Source: Candidatus Terraquivivens ruidianensis (GTDB taxonomy: Archaea; Thermoproteota; Nitrososphaeria_A; Caldarchaeales; Wolframiiraptoraceae). Taken from it: 64,000 nucleotides of DNA. The position numbers and the translations under genes were made by a program. The notes under the pieces are model-generated. The model did not search any database. It saw only the letters and a list, made by a program, of their open reading frames with translations, and was not told the DNA's origin. Position 1 is the first letter of the stretch. The number at the start of each line of letters is the position of its first letter. Positions 47,642 through 57,003 of the stretch are shown here, piece after piece. The stretch spans positions 4,110-68,109 of the forward strand of contig JALNLB010000004.1 of assembly GCA_023267885.1 (NCBI GenBank), in the 5' to 3' direction.

Positions 47642-49942
47642 CTAGCCATTTACCTTAGATGCGATCACTGCTTGACCGAGCGAAAGTCCACCATCGCCAG
47701 GCGGAACTTTCGTGTTCATGTAGAACTTCAGTCCTCTGGTCTCAACTTTTCGTCGTATGGTCGCTGTTATTTGTTCGTTATATGCCACACCGCCCGTGAA
47801 AGCAATACTCCTTATTCCCTCTTTAGCAGCTATTTCCAGGGCAAGCTCAGCTAGGCCTGATGCCAAATAATTCTGGGCTGAGAAAGCAAGGTCTCTCACT
47901 TTTCTTGAATCCGGTCCCTTCATCACTATCTCCGCAATCGATTCTACCATGCACTTTGTCTTCAGGACTTTACCTTTTATTTCTGGCTTCAGTCCTAAGA
48001 TATCTGAACCACCTATCGCTGCGGATTCAAGCTTCATGGCAGGTTCGCCCTCGTAGGTTCTCTCGTAACATGTACCCAGTATTGCCGCAACGCTGTCTAG
48101 AACTCTACCAGCGCTGGAAGTTTTTACGCTCCTTCCATTCTTAATCTGCTTCAGTATTATCTCTGCCTCGACTTTTCCTCTTGGAAGTTTATCGGCATTC
48201 GAAAACAACCAATCTTCACATAAATCTGACCCGAAGAGAATTCCTGCAGCCATTCTCATAGGATACTTTGCGGCCAAGTCACCACCCGGCATTGGATGGT
48301 TTTCTAAATGACCCAAACGGCAGTAACCGTTATTATCACATAAAAGAACCTCACCACCCCATGCCAAGCCGTCACTGCCATAGCCAAATCCATCGCACGC
48401 TATACCAACAACTTCATCTAACCCGTGCTCCGTCATTACTGAGGCAACATGTGCATGATGATGCTGGATAGCCAACGTTGCTATTCCAAACCGCTCGGCC
48501 AGCTCTTCCGCAAGCCTAGTTGTCTGGAACCCAGGATGTAGGTCGTGGGCTATTAACTCTGGCTGTACTCTAATCAGCTTAGATAGGTGGTGAACTGCTG
48601 ACTTCAAAAATTCATAAGTTTCCACACAATCTACGTCGCCTATATGCTGTGTTAAGAATGCCTTATCATCCATAAGTATGCAACCAGCGACGTTGAGCTC
48701 ACCACCTAAAGCGATGACCCTTTTACCGTACTCATGCGGCAACTTAATTGGCTCTGGCGCATAACCTCTTGAACGGCGTATGTGGCTGACAGCTCCGTCG
48801 ACTATCCTTATCACGGAGTCGTCACACCTGTTGACGATTTCTCGGTTGTGAAGGAGCATATAGTCGACATCCTTTCCAATCCTTACATAGGCCTCTTGAT
48901 TTTGCGTGACTATCGGCTCGCCCGGCGGGTTGGCGCTAGTCATCACGTATGCTGGTTCTTTGCTGTTAAGCAACAGGAGAAGATGTAGTCCCGTGTACGG
49001 TAACATCACGCCTACGTTATGGAGACCGGGCGCTATCTCATCGGACAGATAATAATCCTCACTTTTACGTAGTAAAACGATGGGGCGCGCTGGAGAGGTG
49101 AGTAGCGCTTCCTCTTGGCTACTAACTATAGCAAAAGACTTTACTGTCTTTAAATCTTTAGCCATTATCGCAAAGGGCTTCTGTCGCCTATGCTTGACCT
49201 TCCTAAGCCTTATTATAGGCTCAGAGATTGTCGTTGCTGTTGCTACGTGGAAGCCACCGTTTCCCTTTATCGCTACAATGTAACCTTCATCGATGAGCTT
49301 GGTCGCTTCCCTTATAGGGTCGTCGCATTCAAATAACCTTCCGTCGTTGGTCGTTAGATAAACTCTAGGCCCGCACTTGGGGCATGCTATTGTTTGGGCG
49401 TGAAACCTCCTGTCTAAGGGGTCTTCATACTCAGTGCTACATGACCTACACATCGGAAAATCTCTCATGGACGTATTATGTCTGTCATAGGGCGTGTCCA
49501 GTATCGTCGTAAACCTTGGCCCGCAGTTTGTGCACGTTATAAAAAAGTAGCCGAACCTCCTATCGGTAGGATTTAAGAGCTCTCTCACACAATCGTCGCA
49601 TATTGCCACATCCGCTGGTACCACGGAGCCTGTGACTGAGCTTTGCTCTGAGCTCTTTAGTATCTTGAACTCTGCGAGCTCGTTCTTTGGTTCCGAATAG
49701 CTTACATCGATCTTGGTTATATGAGCTAAGGGTGGCTTCTCCTTAACCAGAGCATCTAAGAAGGACTTTATGTTCTGTTCGGGTCCTTCTACAACTATCC
49801 TAACAGATGCGTCCTTTAGGTTCTGGACGAATCCCTTAAGCCCCCTCTTAACGGCGATTCTGTAAACGAATGGCCTAAAGCCTACTCCCTGAACTATGCC
49901 CGAGACCCTGACCTCGGCCCTAACCTTTTCCATCAACCACAT
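47642..49942 (-). CDS. hypF: [NiFe]-hydrogenase maturation carbamoyltransferase HypF
   Basis: 766 aa. Acylphosphatase domain (VRVSGIVQGVGFRPF). Two CxxC zinc-finger pairs (CDDCVREL..CTNCGPRF; CRSCSTEY..CPKCGPR). YrdC-like and Kae1-like domains. Confidence 0.95.
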   Translation of the reverse strand: MWLMEKVRAEVRVSGIVQGVGFRPFVYRIAVKRGLKGFVQNLKDASVRIVVEGPEQNIKSFLDALVKEKPPLAHITKIDVSYSEPKNELAEFKILKSSEQSSVTGSVVPADVAICDDCVRELLNPTDRRFGYFFITCTNCGPRFTTILDTPYDRHNTSMRDFPMCRSCSTEYEDPLDRRFHAQTIACPKCGPRVYLTTNDGRLFECDDPIREATKLIDEGYIVAIKGNGGFHVATATTISEPIIRLRKVKHRRQKPFAIMAKDLKTVKSFAIVSSQEEALLTSPARPIVLLRKSEDYYLSDEIAPGLHNVGVMLPYTGLHLLLLLNSKEPAYVMTSANPPGEPIVTQNQEAYVRIGKDVDYMLLHNREIVNRCDDSVIRIVDGAVSHIRRSRGYAPEPIKLPHEYGKRVIALGGELNVAGCILMDDKAFLTQHIGDVDCVETYEFLKSAVHHLSKLIRVQPELIAHDLHPGFQTTRLAEELAERFGIATLAIQHHHAHVASVMTEHGLDEVVGIACDGFGYGSDGLAWGGEVLLCDNNGYCRLGHLENHPMPGGDLAAKYPMRMAAGILFGSDLCEDWLFSNADKLPRGKVEAEIILKQIKNGRSVKTSSAGRVLDSVAAILGTCYERTYEGEPAMKLESAAIGGSDILGLKPEIKGKVLKTKCMVESIAEIVMKGPDSRKVRDLAFSAQNYLASGLAELALEIAAKEGIRSIAFTGGVAYNEQITATIRRKVETRGLKFYMNTKVPPGDGGLSLGQAVIASKVNG

Positions 49943-50040
49943 TAAATCTCTTTAAACCATAAGATATACTAGATGTTTGTTGTCTACTAGTAGTCAGGTT
50001 GATAATTAAAGTATTTACATAATTAGTTTTTTGTAAAGAG

Positions 50041-50055
50041 TTTATTATAAATATA
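50041..50055. promoter_or_regulatory. TATA-like box in the 232-nt AT-rich divergent hypF / hdrC intergenic region
   Basis: tttattataaatata lies ~40 nt upstream of the AGGAGG at 50096-50101 that precedes the hdrC reading frame. Confidence 0.35.
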
Positions 50056-50174
50056 CTTGAAATTTAAATCTAAGAGGTTTATCTCCTTTTTAATTAGGAG
50101 GCTGAGTCTTTACGTTCAAATTCTCTTTAGAAGATGCGGTAAAGGAGCTTAGGCCGCAATTATGCTATCAATGC

Positions 50175-50603
50175 ATGAAATGCTCTAGTGGATGCACTGC
50201 CGCAAAGGTTGTTGACAAGTACAGACCCCACGAGATAGTAGCCTTGGTGAAGGCAGGCTATTCTGAGGAACTTATAAACAGCGACGTGATATGGGCATGC
50301 TCAGTTTGTTTAAAATGCGTGGAATATTGTCCCCAAAGGGTCTCACCATTTGAGGTAGTAATGACCCTCAGGAACGAAGCTATCACAAGGGGGATAACGC
50401 CTCCGAAATCCTTCGTCGAGATGGCAAAGTCTATAGTGAAGGTCGGCTACATACAAGAACCCATGTACATAATGTCGAAGGAGTTCGAAGAGGTTTCTAG
50501 GACAGAGCTAGGCTTACCAGAAATGCCAAAGCCGAAAGATATTGAAAAGTTTAAGCAGCATGTCCTATCGGTAGGTTTTGAAAGGCTAAGGGAGGTAGTT
50601 TGA
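50175..50603 (+). CDS. hdrC: Heterodisulfide reductase subunit C (the reading frame biologically appears to begin upstream, from 50106)
   Basis: 142 aa from the first ATG. The second cluster motif CSVCLKCVEYCP is intact. The first motif C-YQ-C-MK-C-SSG-C is complete only if the in-frame upstream codons are translated (see finding). Confidence 0.8.
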   Translation: MKCSSGCTAAKVVDKYRPHEIVALVKAGYSEELINSDVIWACSVCLKCVEYCPQRVSPFEVVMTLRNEAITRGITPPKSFVEMAKSIVKVGYIQEPMYIMSKEFEEVSRTELGLPEMPKPKDIEKFKQHVLSVGFERLREVV

Positions 50604-51481
50604 GAATGAAGTTTTTACTTTTCCTAGGTTGCACAACTGCAACAAAGCAATATGGTTATGAACTATCGCTAAGGGCCACGTTACCATTGCTGGGAGCAGA
50701 GTTAGAGTACCCTAAAGACATGAACTGTTGTGGAGTACCGATGAAGGGTATAAGTAAGTTTTATCCGTACTATGCGTGCGCGAGAATTCTGGCAATAGCT
50801 GAGTCGCAAGGTTTGGATGTCGTCGCACCGTGCAACGGTTGCCATCTAAACCTAACGGAAACTATTTACAAGCTAAAGCTGAACCCGTCGCTTATGGGTG
50901 CGGTGAACGAGCTTCTTAAAGAGGAAGGGTTGAAGTACATGGGTAAAGCGACGGTTTATCATCCGGTAGAAGTTCTGCATGATAAAGTAGGTGTTGAGAA
51001 GATAACATCTGCGATAAAGAGAAAGTTGCCGGAAATACCAGTTTCTTCCCATCCCGGTTGTCACCTACTTAGGCCAACGGAATTCCCGAGACCGGAGGTA
51101 AGAAATGGACCGCTCAAGCTAGACAGGTTGATTGAGGCCATAGGTCTTAAGGCAAGAGACTACCCTGAGAAGTACGAATGTTGTGGAGCGGCTATGATTC
51201 CCTATTCGCCTGAGGCGGCGATAAGGGTTGTAGCCCTCAGAATAAAGAGGGCATTGGCCGCAGGTTCGAGGGCAATAACCAGCTTGTGCCCATATTGTAT
51301 AGACATGCTTGACGGAAAGCAGGATGCCGCTAAGACGATAACTGGTGACCAAAACCTTTCAATCCCAGCACTTTACTATACACAATTATTGGGCCTTGCG
51401 TTAGGCTTGAATGAAAGAGAATTAGGAACAAACCTCAACATGAGTCCGGTTGAGGTTTTGCTTGAGGAGGTGAAGGTTTAA
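50600..51481 (+). CDS. hdrB: Heterodisulfide reductase subunit B (two CCG domains)
   Basis: 293 aa. FLGCTT..NCCGVP and HPGCH..ECCGAA..CPYC. The start is TTG 50600 (TTGA overlap) or, more likely, ATG 50606, 9 nt after GGAGGT. Confidence 0.9.
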   Translation: MRMKFLLFLGCTTATKQYGYELSLRATLPLLGAELEYPKDMNCCGVPMKGISKFYPYYACARILAIAESQGLDVVAPCNGCHLNLTETIYKLKLNPSLMGAVNELLKEEGLKYMGKATVYHPVEVLHDKVGVEKITSAIKRKLPEIPVSSHPGCHLLRPTEFPRPEVRNGPLKLDRLIEAIGLKARDYPEKYECCGAAMIPYSPEAAIRVVALRIKRALAAGSRAITSLCPYCIDMLDGKQDAAKTITGDQNLSIPALYYTQLLGLALGLNERELGTNLNMSPVEVLLEEVKV

Positions 51482-53460
51482 TGGTTGAAGGTGAGGAGAT
51501 TAGGATAGGCGTTTACGTATGTCATTGTGGTATAAACATAGCATCCGTAGTTGACGTAAAGAAAGTAGTTGAAGAGGCATCAAAGGTACCAAACGTTGTA
51601 GTTGCGAAGGACTACCAATTCATGTGCTCCCAACCAGGCCAGAATATGATAGTTGAGGACATAAAGCAGCACAACCTCAACAGGGTCATCGTAGCGGCTT
51701 GTTCGCCGAGAATGCATGAACCAACATTCCAGAAGGCTGTCGAGAGGGGCGGCCTTAATCCTTACCTCTTTGAGATGGCCAACATAAGGGAGCACTGCTC
51801 TTGGGTTCATGAAAAGGAAAAAGCTGCTGCGACGGATAAGGCCATCAAGCTGGTTAAGGCGGCCATCGCTAAGGCCAGGCTATTAAAGCCGCTAAAGGTA
51901 GAGAAGGTCAAGGTAATACCAAGGGCGCTCGTCATAGGTGGTGGGATAGCCGGCATCAGGGCCTCGCTCGATATAGCAAACGCTGGCTTCGAGGTACACT
52001 TAGTCGAGACAAGACCGAGCATAGGAGGGAACATGGCAAGGCTTGACAAGACCTTCCCAACGCTTGACTGCTCCCAGTGTATACTAACACCCCTGATGGT
52101 AGAAGTGAGCAAGCACCCAAACGTAACACTCCACACTTATACTGATGTTGTGGGAATCGACGGTTCCGTTGGGAACTTCAAGGTCAAGCTGCTGAAGAAA
52201 CCAAGGTACGTGGATGAGTCAAAATGTACTGGTTGTGGCACGTGTGTCTTAAAATGCCCATGGACTGCGCCGAACGAGTTTGACATGGGACTCGGGAAGA
52301 GAAAGGCAATATACTTTGAATTTCCGCAGGCTGTCCCGCTTATTCCTGTAATCGATACTGGTCATTGCATGTACTTCCAGAAAGGGACCTGCAGGGCCTG
52401 CGAAAGGTTCTGCCCCACCAAAGCCATAGACTTTAACCAGAAACCGAAAGAGATAGAGCTTGAAGTAGGAGCGATAATCCTGGCTACTGGTTATGGTTTG
52501 TACGATGTGGCAAAAGCTATGCCGGAATACGGCTATCGTAAGTATAAAGATGTAATCACTGGATTAGAGTTGGAGAGAGTTGTTTCGGCTACGGGACCGA
52601 CGAAGGGCCACATACTCAGACCGAGCGATGGAAAGGAGCCTAAGAAAGTTGCAATAGTTCTCTGCGTCGGTTCGAGGGATGAAAAGCACCTTAGGTTCTG
52701 TTGTAGGTTCGGATGCGTGGCTGGAATAAAGCACGCATACTACGTAGTAAGTCACATACCGGACGCAGAAGTATACGTCTGCTACAGGGACATCAGGACC
52801 TTCGGAAAAGGTTACGAGGAGTTTTACGAGAGGGTTAGGAATTACGAAAACGTCAGATTCATAAGGGGTAGCCCGATGGAGATACTCCAGGATGCTGATG
52901 GGGGCATCTACTTTGACGTGTTCGACGCAAACACGAATAGGGTTGTAACGCTCAGACCCGACCTCGTCGTTCTTGAGACCGGCATAGTCCCGCATCCAAC
53001 GTTTAAGGAGGTGGCTAAAGTATTAAAGTGTGCGATAGGTCCGGATGGTTTTGCGTTGGAGCTTCATCCTAAGCTCAGACCCACGGAGACATCCGTTGAC
53101 GGTGTGTTCTTAGCTGGTGCGGTGCAGGGACCAAAGGACATACCGGATACCGTAGCTCAGGCGGGTGCTGCTGCGTCGTCAGCCATAGCGCTAATGTCAA
53201 GGGGTTATGTAGAAACCGTACCCTATGTATCCTCAGTTAACGAAGACCTGTGCAGCGGTTGCGGCATATGTCAGCCCCTATGCGCTTTCGATGCCATATC
53301 TTTGGTTAAGAAAGAAGATGGAAAGGAGGTTGCAAAAGTGGACGTGAGTAAATGCAAGGGGTGCGGGGTATGTGCGGCCGCGTGTCCCTCTGGAGCTGCC
53401 CAGCAACTCGGGTTCAGTGATGGGCAAATTTTGGAGATGGTAAGGACGCTTGCGAGGTGA
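51481..53460 (+). CDS. hdrA: Heterodisulfide reductase subunit A (FAD, multiple 4Fe-4S)
   Basis: 659 aa. GVYVCHCGINIA, VIGGGIAGIRASLD, CTGCGTCVLKCP and CSGCGICQPLC..CKGCGVCAAACP. TAATG overlap with hdrB. Confidence 0.95.
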   Translation: MVEGEEIRIGVYVCHCGINIASVVDVKKVVEEASKVPNVVVAKDYQFMCSQPGQNMIVEDIKQHNLNRVIVAACSPRMHEPTFQKAVERGGLNPYLFEMANIREHCSWVHEKEKAAATDKAIKLVKAAIAKARLLKPLKVEKVKVIPRALVIGGGIAGIRASLDIANAGFEVHLVETRPSIGGNMARLDKTFPTLDCSQCILTPLMVEVSKHPNVTLHTYTDVVGIDGSVGNFKVKLLKKPRYVDESKCTGCGTCVLKCPWTAPNEFDMGLGKRKAIYFEFPQAVPLIPVIDTGHCMYFQKGTCRACERFCPTKAIDFNQKPKEIELEVGAIILATGYGLYDVAKAMPEYGYRKYKDVITGLELERVVSATGPTKGHILRPSDGKEPKKVAIVLCVGSRDEKHLRFCCRFGCVAGIKHAYYVVSHIPDAEVYVCYRDIRTFGKGYEEFYERVRNYENVRFIRGSPMEILQDADGGIYFDVFDANTNRVVTLRPDLVVLETGIVPHPTFKEVAKVLKCAIGPDGFALELHPKLRPTETSVDGVFLAGAVQGPKDIPDTVAQAGAAASSAIALMSRGYVETVPYVSSVNEDLCSGCGICQPLCAFDAISLVKKEDGKEVAKVDVSKCKGCGVCAAACPSGAAQQLGFSDGQILEMVRTLAR

Positions 53461-53906
53461 TTAAAATGGGGGAAAATTTTGAACCAAAGATAGTGGTTTT
53501 TGCATGTAACTGGTGCTCATATGCTGGGATGGACCTAGCCGGAACCAGTCGGATACAGTACCCCCATAACCTCAAGGTAATCAGGCTCATGTGCTCCGGC
53601 AGAATTAACCCAGTCTACATACTTGAGGCTTTTGCAAACGGTGCCGACGGTGTTCTTGTGACTGGTTGCCATCCTGGTGACTGCCATTACATATCTGGAA
53701 ACTATAAGACCAGAAAGAGGGTTATGCTATTAGAAAGACTGCTTGAACAATTTGGTATTGAAAAAGGGAGGTTAAGGTTGGAATGGGTCTCCGCATCAGA
53801 AGGAGAAAAGTTCGCCAACATCGCAAAAGAGTTCGTCGAGCAGATAAGAAAGCTGGGACCAAACCGTATAGCAGAAGAGCTAAGGAAGGAAGTGGCAGTA
53901 GTTTGA
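53457..53906 (+). CDS. mvhD: Methyl-viologen-reducing hydrogenase delta subunit
   Basis: 149 aa. VVFACNWCSYAGMDLAG..IRLMCSGRINP..GADGVLVTGCHPGDCHY. The start is GTG 53457 (GTGA overlap) or ATG 53466, 5 nt after GAGGTGA. Confidence 0.9.
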   Translation: MIKMGENFEPKIVVFACNWCSYAGMDLAGTSRIQYPHNLKVIRLMCSGRINPVYILEAFANGADGVLVTGCHPGDCHYISGNYKTRKRVMLLERLLEQFGIEKGRLRLEWVSASEGEKFANIAKEFVEQIRKLGPNRIAEELRKEVAVV

Positions 53907-54880
53907 CTAAGCCGATGCTGGCCATAATACCCGGGGCAAACTGTGCCGGCTGTGACTACTCTCTCCTAGACTTAGGCGAAAAAGCTGTTGAAGTTCTGAT
54001 GGCCGTGAATATAGCTTACTGGCCGACCGCTGCTGACCTAAAGTTGGAGGATTTAGAGAAGTTGCCAGATGGTTCTATAGACATAGTGCTCTTCGAGGGT
54101 GCCGTGAACAACGACGAGACTGAGGAGGTGGCCAAGCTCGCAAGGAAAAAAGCAAAGAACCTAATAGCGTTCGGAGCATGCGCCTGCTTTGGCGGTATAC
54201 CTGGTCTTGCAAACGTAGCCTCAAAAGACAGTATTCTTCAGAAGGCATACGTAAAGACTCTGAGCACCGTTAACCAACAAGGAACGATACCCCATAAGCT
54301 GACGAGACTTGCTGACGAAGAATTGACAATACCAGAATTTCTCGAGACGGTTAAGTCGCTCGGTCAGGTGGTTAATGTAGATTATTATCTGCCAGGCTGT
54401 CCACCACCCCTCAAGCTGGTGGCCGAGGCACTGGCTGCTGCACTCTCTGGAAAGCTTCCGCCGAAGGGAACGGTGTTCGGTTCGATGAAGTCCGTCTGCG
54501 ATGAGTGCAAGCGCGTCCGTGAGAATAAGAGGATAATGGAGATAAAGAGGTATCATCAATTCATCCCAGACCCTGAGAGGTGTCTCCTTGAGCAGAGCAT
54601 AATTTGCATGGGTCCTGCAACTAGGGGCGGTTGTGATGCCGTATGTCCAACTATGAGCGTTCCCTGCAGAGGGTGTATGGGACCGACACCAGAATCCCAA
54701 GATCAAGGTGCCAGGATGCTATCTGCCTTGTCTTCTGTAGTAGGCTTAGAAGTTGAGACTGGTGTGAATGACGAAGAAGTTAGGAAAATCATAGCACAAG
54801 TAAAGGACCCATTAGGGACGTTTTACAGATACGGTTTACCAAAATCAATAATGCGGAGGGCATGGGGTGTTAGAGAATGA
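53903..54880 (+). CDS. mvhG: [NiFe] hydrogenase small subunit (MvhG type)
   Basis: PGANCAGCDYSLLD, ACACFGGIPG, LPGCPP and CMGPATRGGCDAVCP..PCRGCMGP. The start is TTG 53903 (TTGA overlap with mvhD) or ATG 53915. I reject the ORF-track start 53783, which overlaps mvhD. Confidence 0.85.
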   Translation: MTKPMLAIIPGANCAGCDYSLLDLGEKAVEVLMAVNIAYWPTAADLKLEDLEKLPDGSIDIVLFEGAVNNDETEEVAKLARKKAKNLIAFGACACFGGIPGLANVASKDSILQKAYVKTLSTVNQQGTIPHKLTRLADEELTIPEFLETVKSLGQVVNVDYYLPGCPPPLKLVAEALAAALSGKLPPKGTVFGSMKSVCDECKRVRENKRIMEIKRYHQFIPDPERCLLEQSIICMGPATRGGCDAVCPTMSVPCRGCMGPTPESQDQGARMLSALSSVVGLEVETGVNDEEVRKIIAQVKDPLGTFYRYGLPKSIMRRAWGVRE

Positions 54881-56337
54881 GGAAGGTCGTAACTATTCAG
54901 CCCATAACAAGGCTTGAGGGGCACGGTAAGATTTCAATATTTTTAGACGATGGTGGCAACGTTAAGGACGCTTACTACCAAGTCGTCGAGTTCAGGGGCT
55001 TCGAAAGGTTCTGCATAGGAAGACCTGTTGAGGAGATGCCCATAATAACGCCGAGAATCTGCGGCGTTTGTCCGTGGGCACACCATATGGCGTCAGCGAA
55101 GGCGGTAGATGCCGTCTATGGGGCTGAGTTGCCGGAGACCGCTAAGAAGATACGGGAGATGGCCTACAATATATTCTACGTACATGACCACTCGGCAGTG
55201 TTCTACGCGCTTTCGGCACCAGACTTCGTCGTTGGACCCGATGCTCCTAGGGTTGAAAGGAATATCCTTGGCCTTATCGGAAAGGTCGGCTTGGAAACGG
55301 GAAAGAAAGTCATAAACGCTAGAATGGTGGCCACGAAGCTTTTGGAAAAGCTCGCTGGGAGAGCAATAATACCGACGTGCGCCGTTCCGGGCGGTGTCTC
55401 CAAGCCCTTAACAGAAGAGGATAGAAAAGAGATAGAGGAGGGCGCGAAAAAGCTGGTAGAATTCGGTCAGTTCACGCTGAAGATACTCGAGGATGTTGTC
55501 CTGAAGAACCAGAAGTACCTTGACTTGATTGTGGGCGACGTGTACAAGCATGAGACTTACTATATGGGTTTGGTTGACGAGAAAGGGCTGGTTAACTACT
55601 ACGAGGGGAAGGTCAGAGTTGTAGACCCGAAGGGAAGAATCTACGCAGAATTTCACCCAAAAGACTACCTGAATTACATAGGCGAACATGTGGAACCATG
55701 GACTTATCTTAAGTTTCCATACTTGAAAGGTCTGGGCTGGAAGGGAATAGTTGACGGTGAAAAATCCGGCGCGTATAGGGTAGGGCCCCTTGGTAGGCTC
55801 AACGTAGCGAATGGGTTTGCGACGCCGCTCGCTCAAGAAGCATATGAAAGGTTCAAAGAGACCTTAGGCAAGCCAGCCCACGCAACGCTCGGATACCATT
55901 GGGCAAGGGTTATAGAGATACTTAATGCTGCCGAGAGGGCGCTCGAGTTAAGCAGGGACCCGGATGTAACTGGAAAGGACTTCAGGGTTCCTCTAACTAA
56001 CACTCCTAACGAAGGCGTTGGTATCGTTGAGGCACCGAGGGGTACGCTCATCCACCACTACAAAACGGACCAAGAGGGCATATTGACCGATGTCAACCTA
56101 ATAGTCGCGACGACGCATAACAACGCGGGCATATGCATGTCCGTAAAGAAGGCATCGCAACAGCTCATAAAGGGCGGCAACGTAAGCGACGGTCTGCTCA
56201 ACATGATAGAGATGGCGTTCAGGGCTTATGATCCATGCCTGGCATGCGGAACGCATGCGCTACCAGGACAGATGCCGCTTGACGTATGCATATATGATGC
56301 AGACGGAAAGCTTGTAGCTGAGATAAAGCGTCCTTGA
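54877..56337 (+). CDS. mvhA: [NiFe] hydrogenase large subunit (MvhA type)
   Basis: 486 aa. RLEGHGKISIF, N-terminal Ni-binding RICGVCPWAHH, and C-terminal DPCLACGTH followed by a cleavable extension. Confidence 0.95.
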   Translation: MRKVVTIQPITRLEGHGKISIFLDDGGNVKDAYYQVVEFRGFERFCIGRPVEEMPIITPRICGVCPWAHHMASAKAVDAVYGAELPETAKKIREMAYNIFYVHDHSAVFYALSAPDFVVGPDAPRVERNILGLIGKVGLETGKKVINARMVATKLLEKLAGRAIIPTCAVPGGVSKPLTEEDRKEIEEGAKKLVEFGQFTLKILEDVVLKNQKYLDLIVGDVYKHETYYMGLVDEKGLVNYYEGKVRVVDPKGRIYAEFHPKDYLNYIGEHVEPWTYLKFPYLKGLGWKGIVDGEKSGAYRVGPLGRLNVANGFATPLAQEAYERFKETLGKPAHATLGYHWARVIEILNAAERALELSRDPDVTGKDFRVPLTNTPNEGVGIVEAPRGTLIHHYKTDQEGILTDVNLIVATTHNNAGICMSVKKASQQLIKGGNVSDGLLNMIEMAFRAYDPCLACGTHALPGQMPLDVCIYDADGKLVAEIKRP

Positions 56338-56804
56338 AGAGGAAGCACGGAACAGTTGTAATAGGGCTCGGTAACCCGATACTTGGCGACGATGCCGTAG
56401 GCCTGGTTATCGCATCTGAGCTAAGGAAGCGGATGGGTAGAATTGTTGACATTGTTGAGCTGAGTGCCGGAGGTTTAACCGTGGCAGAGGCCATGCTTGG
56501 TTACAGGAAGGCAATAATCGTAGATGCTCTGGTCGAAGAGGGTACCGTCCCTGGAAAAATCCTAAGGCTAACGTTTGAAGACCTTAAGACTACACCCAAA
56601 CGATTCATCGGTTTTCATGATATAGACCTCGTAACATCCGTTGAGCTCATTAAAGCTATCGATAGAGAATCTTTTCCAGACGAAGTAGTGGTTTTTGGAA
56701 TAACCATTCAAAAACCGGGCTGCTATCAAGAGGGGCTAAGCGAGGAGGTAAAGACTGCCGTACCAAAATGCGTTGAGATGATTGAAGAAGAGTGCGGGCG
56801 TTAA
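56334..56804 (+). CDS. Hydrogenase maturation endopeptidase (HycI/FrhD/HoxM family)
   Basis: 156 aa. VVIGLGNPILGDDAVGL..IVDA..GFHD. TTG start in a TTGA overlap with mvhA. Confidence 0.85.
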   Translation: MKRKHGTVVIGLGNPILGDDAVGLVIASELRKRMGRIVDIVELSAGGLTVAEAMLGYRKAIIVDALVEEGTVPGKILRLTFEDLKTTPKRFIGFHDIDLVTSVELIKAIDRESFPDEVVVFGITIQKPGCYQEGLSEEVKTAVPKCVEMIEEECGR

Positions 56805-56933
56805 TTTAACGCGCTTGTATCTACGTTGGGAACGAAAATATCTTCGAACATTAGTCATGGATGACACCCTTCCTTCACCATGGGCATAATCTTGTCAGGC
56901 AGCTTAACTCATAAAGGCAAAAATTATTATATG

Positions 56934-56958
56934 AGTTTGTTTAAAATATATACAAACT
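56934..56958. promoter_or_regulatory. 7-bp inverted repeat bracketing a TATA-like box upstream of the first NarI-like/HdrD-like module
   Basis: AGTTTGT-ttaaaatatat-ACAAACT has perfect arms. It lies ~45-70 nt upstream of the TTG start at 57004, which is preceded by GGGGGAGGG. Confidence 0.3.
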
Positions 56959-57003
56959 ATAATCGCGTTAATGCGACTATACGAAAAATAAGGGGGAGGG
57001 AGT

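Noticed and set aside
53783-53902. ORF-track N-terminal extension of mvhG (start 53783). Similar extensions exist for the HdrD-like gene (57627) and gatE (26224).
   Set aside because: Each extension overlaps the well-supported upstream gene in another frame and encodes Arg/Lys-rich junk. In-frame starts at the stop/start junctions (53903/53915, 57768, 26278) give proteins that begin where homologues begin.
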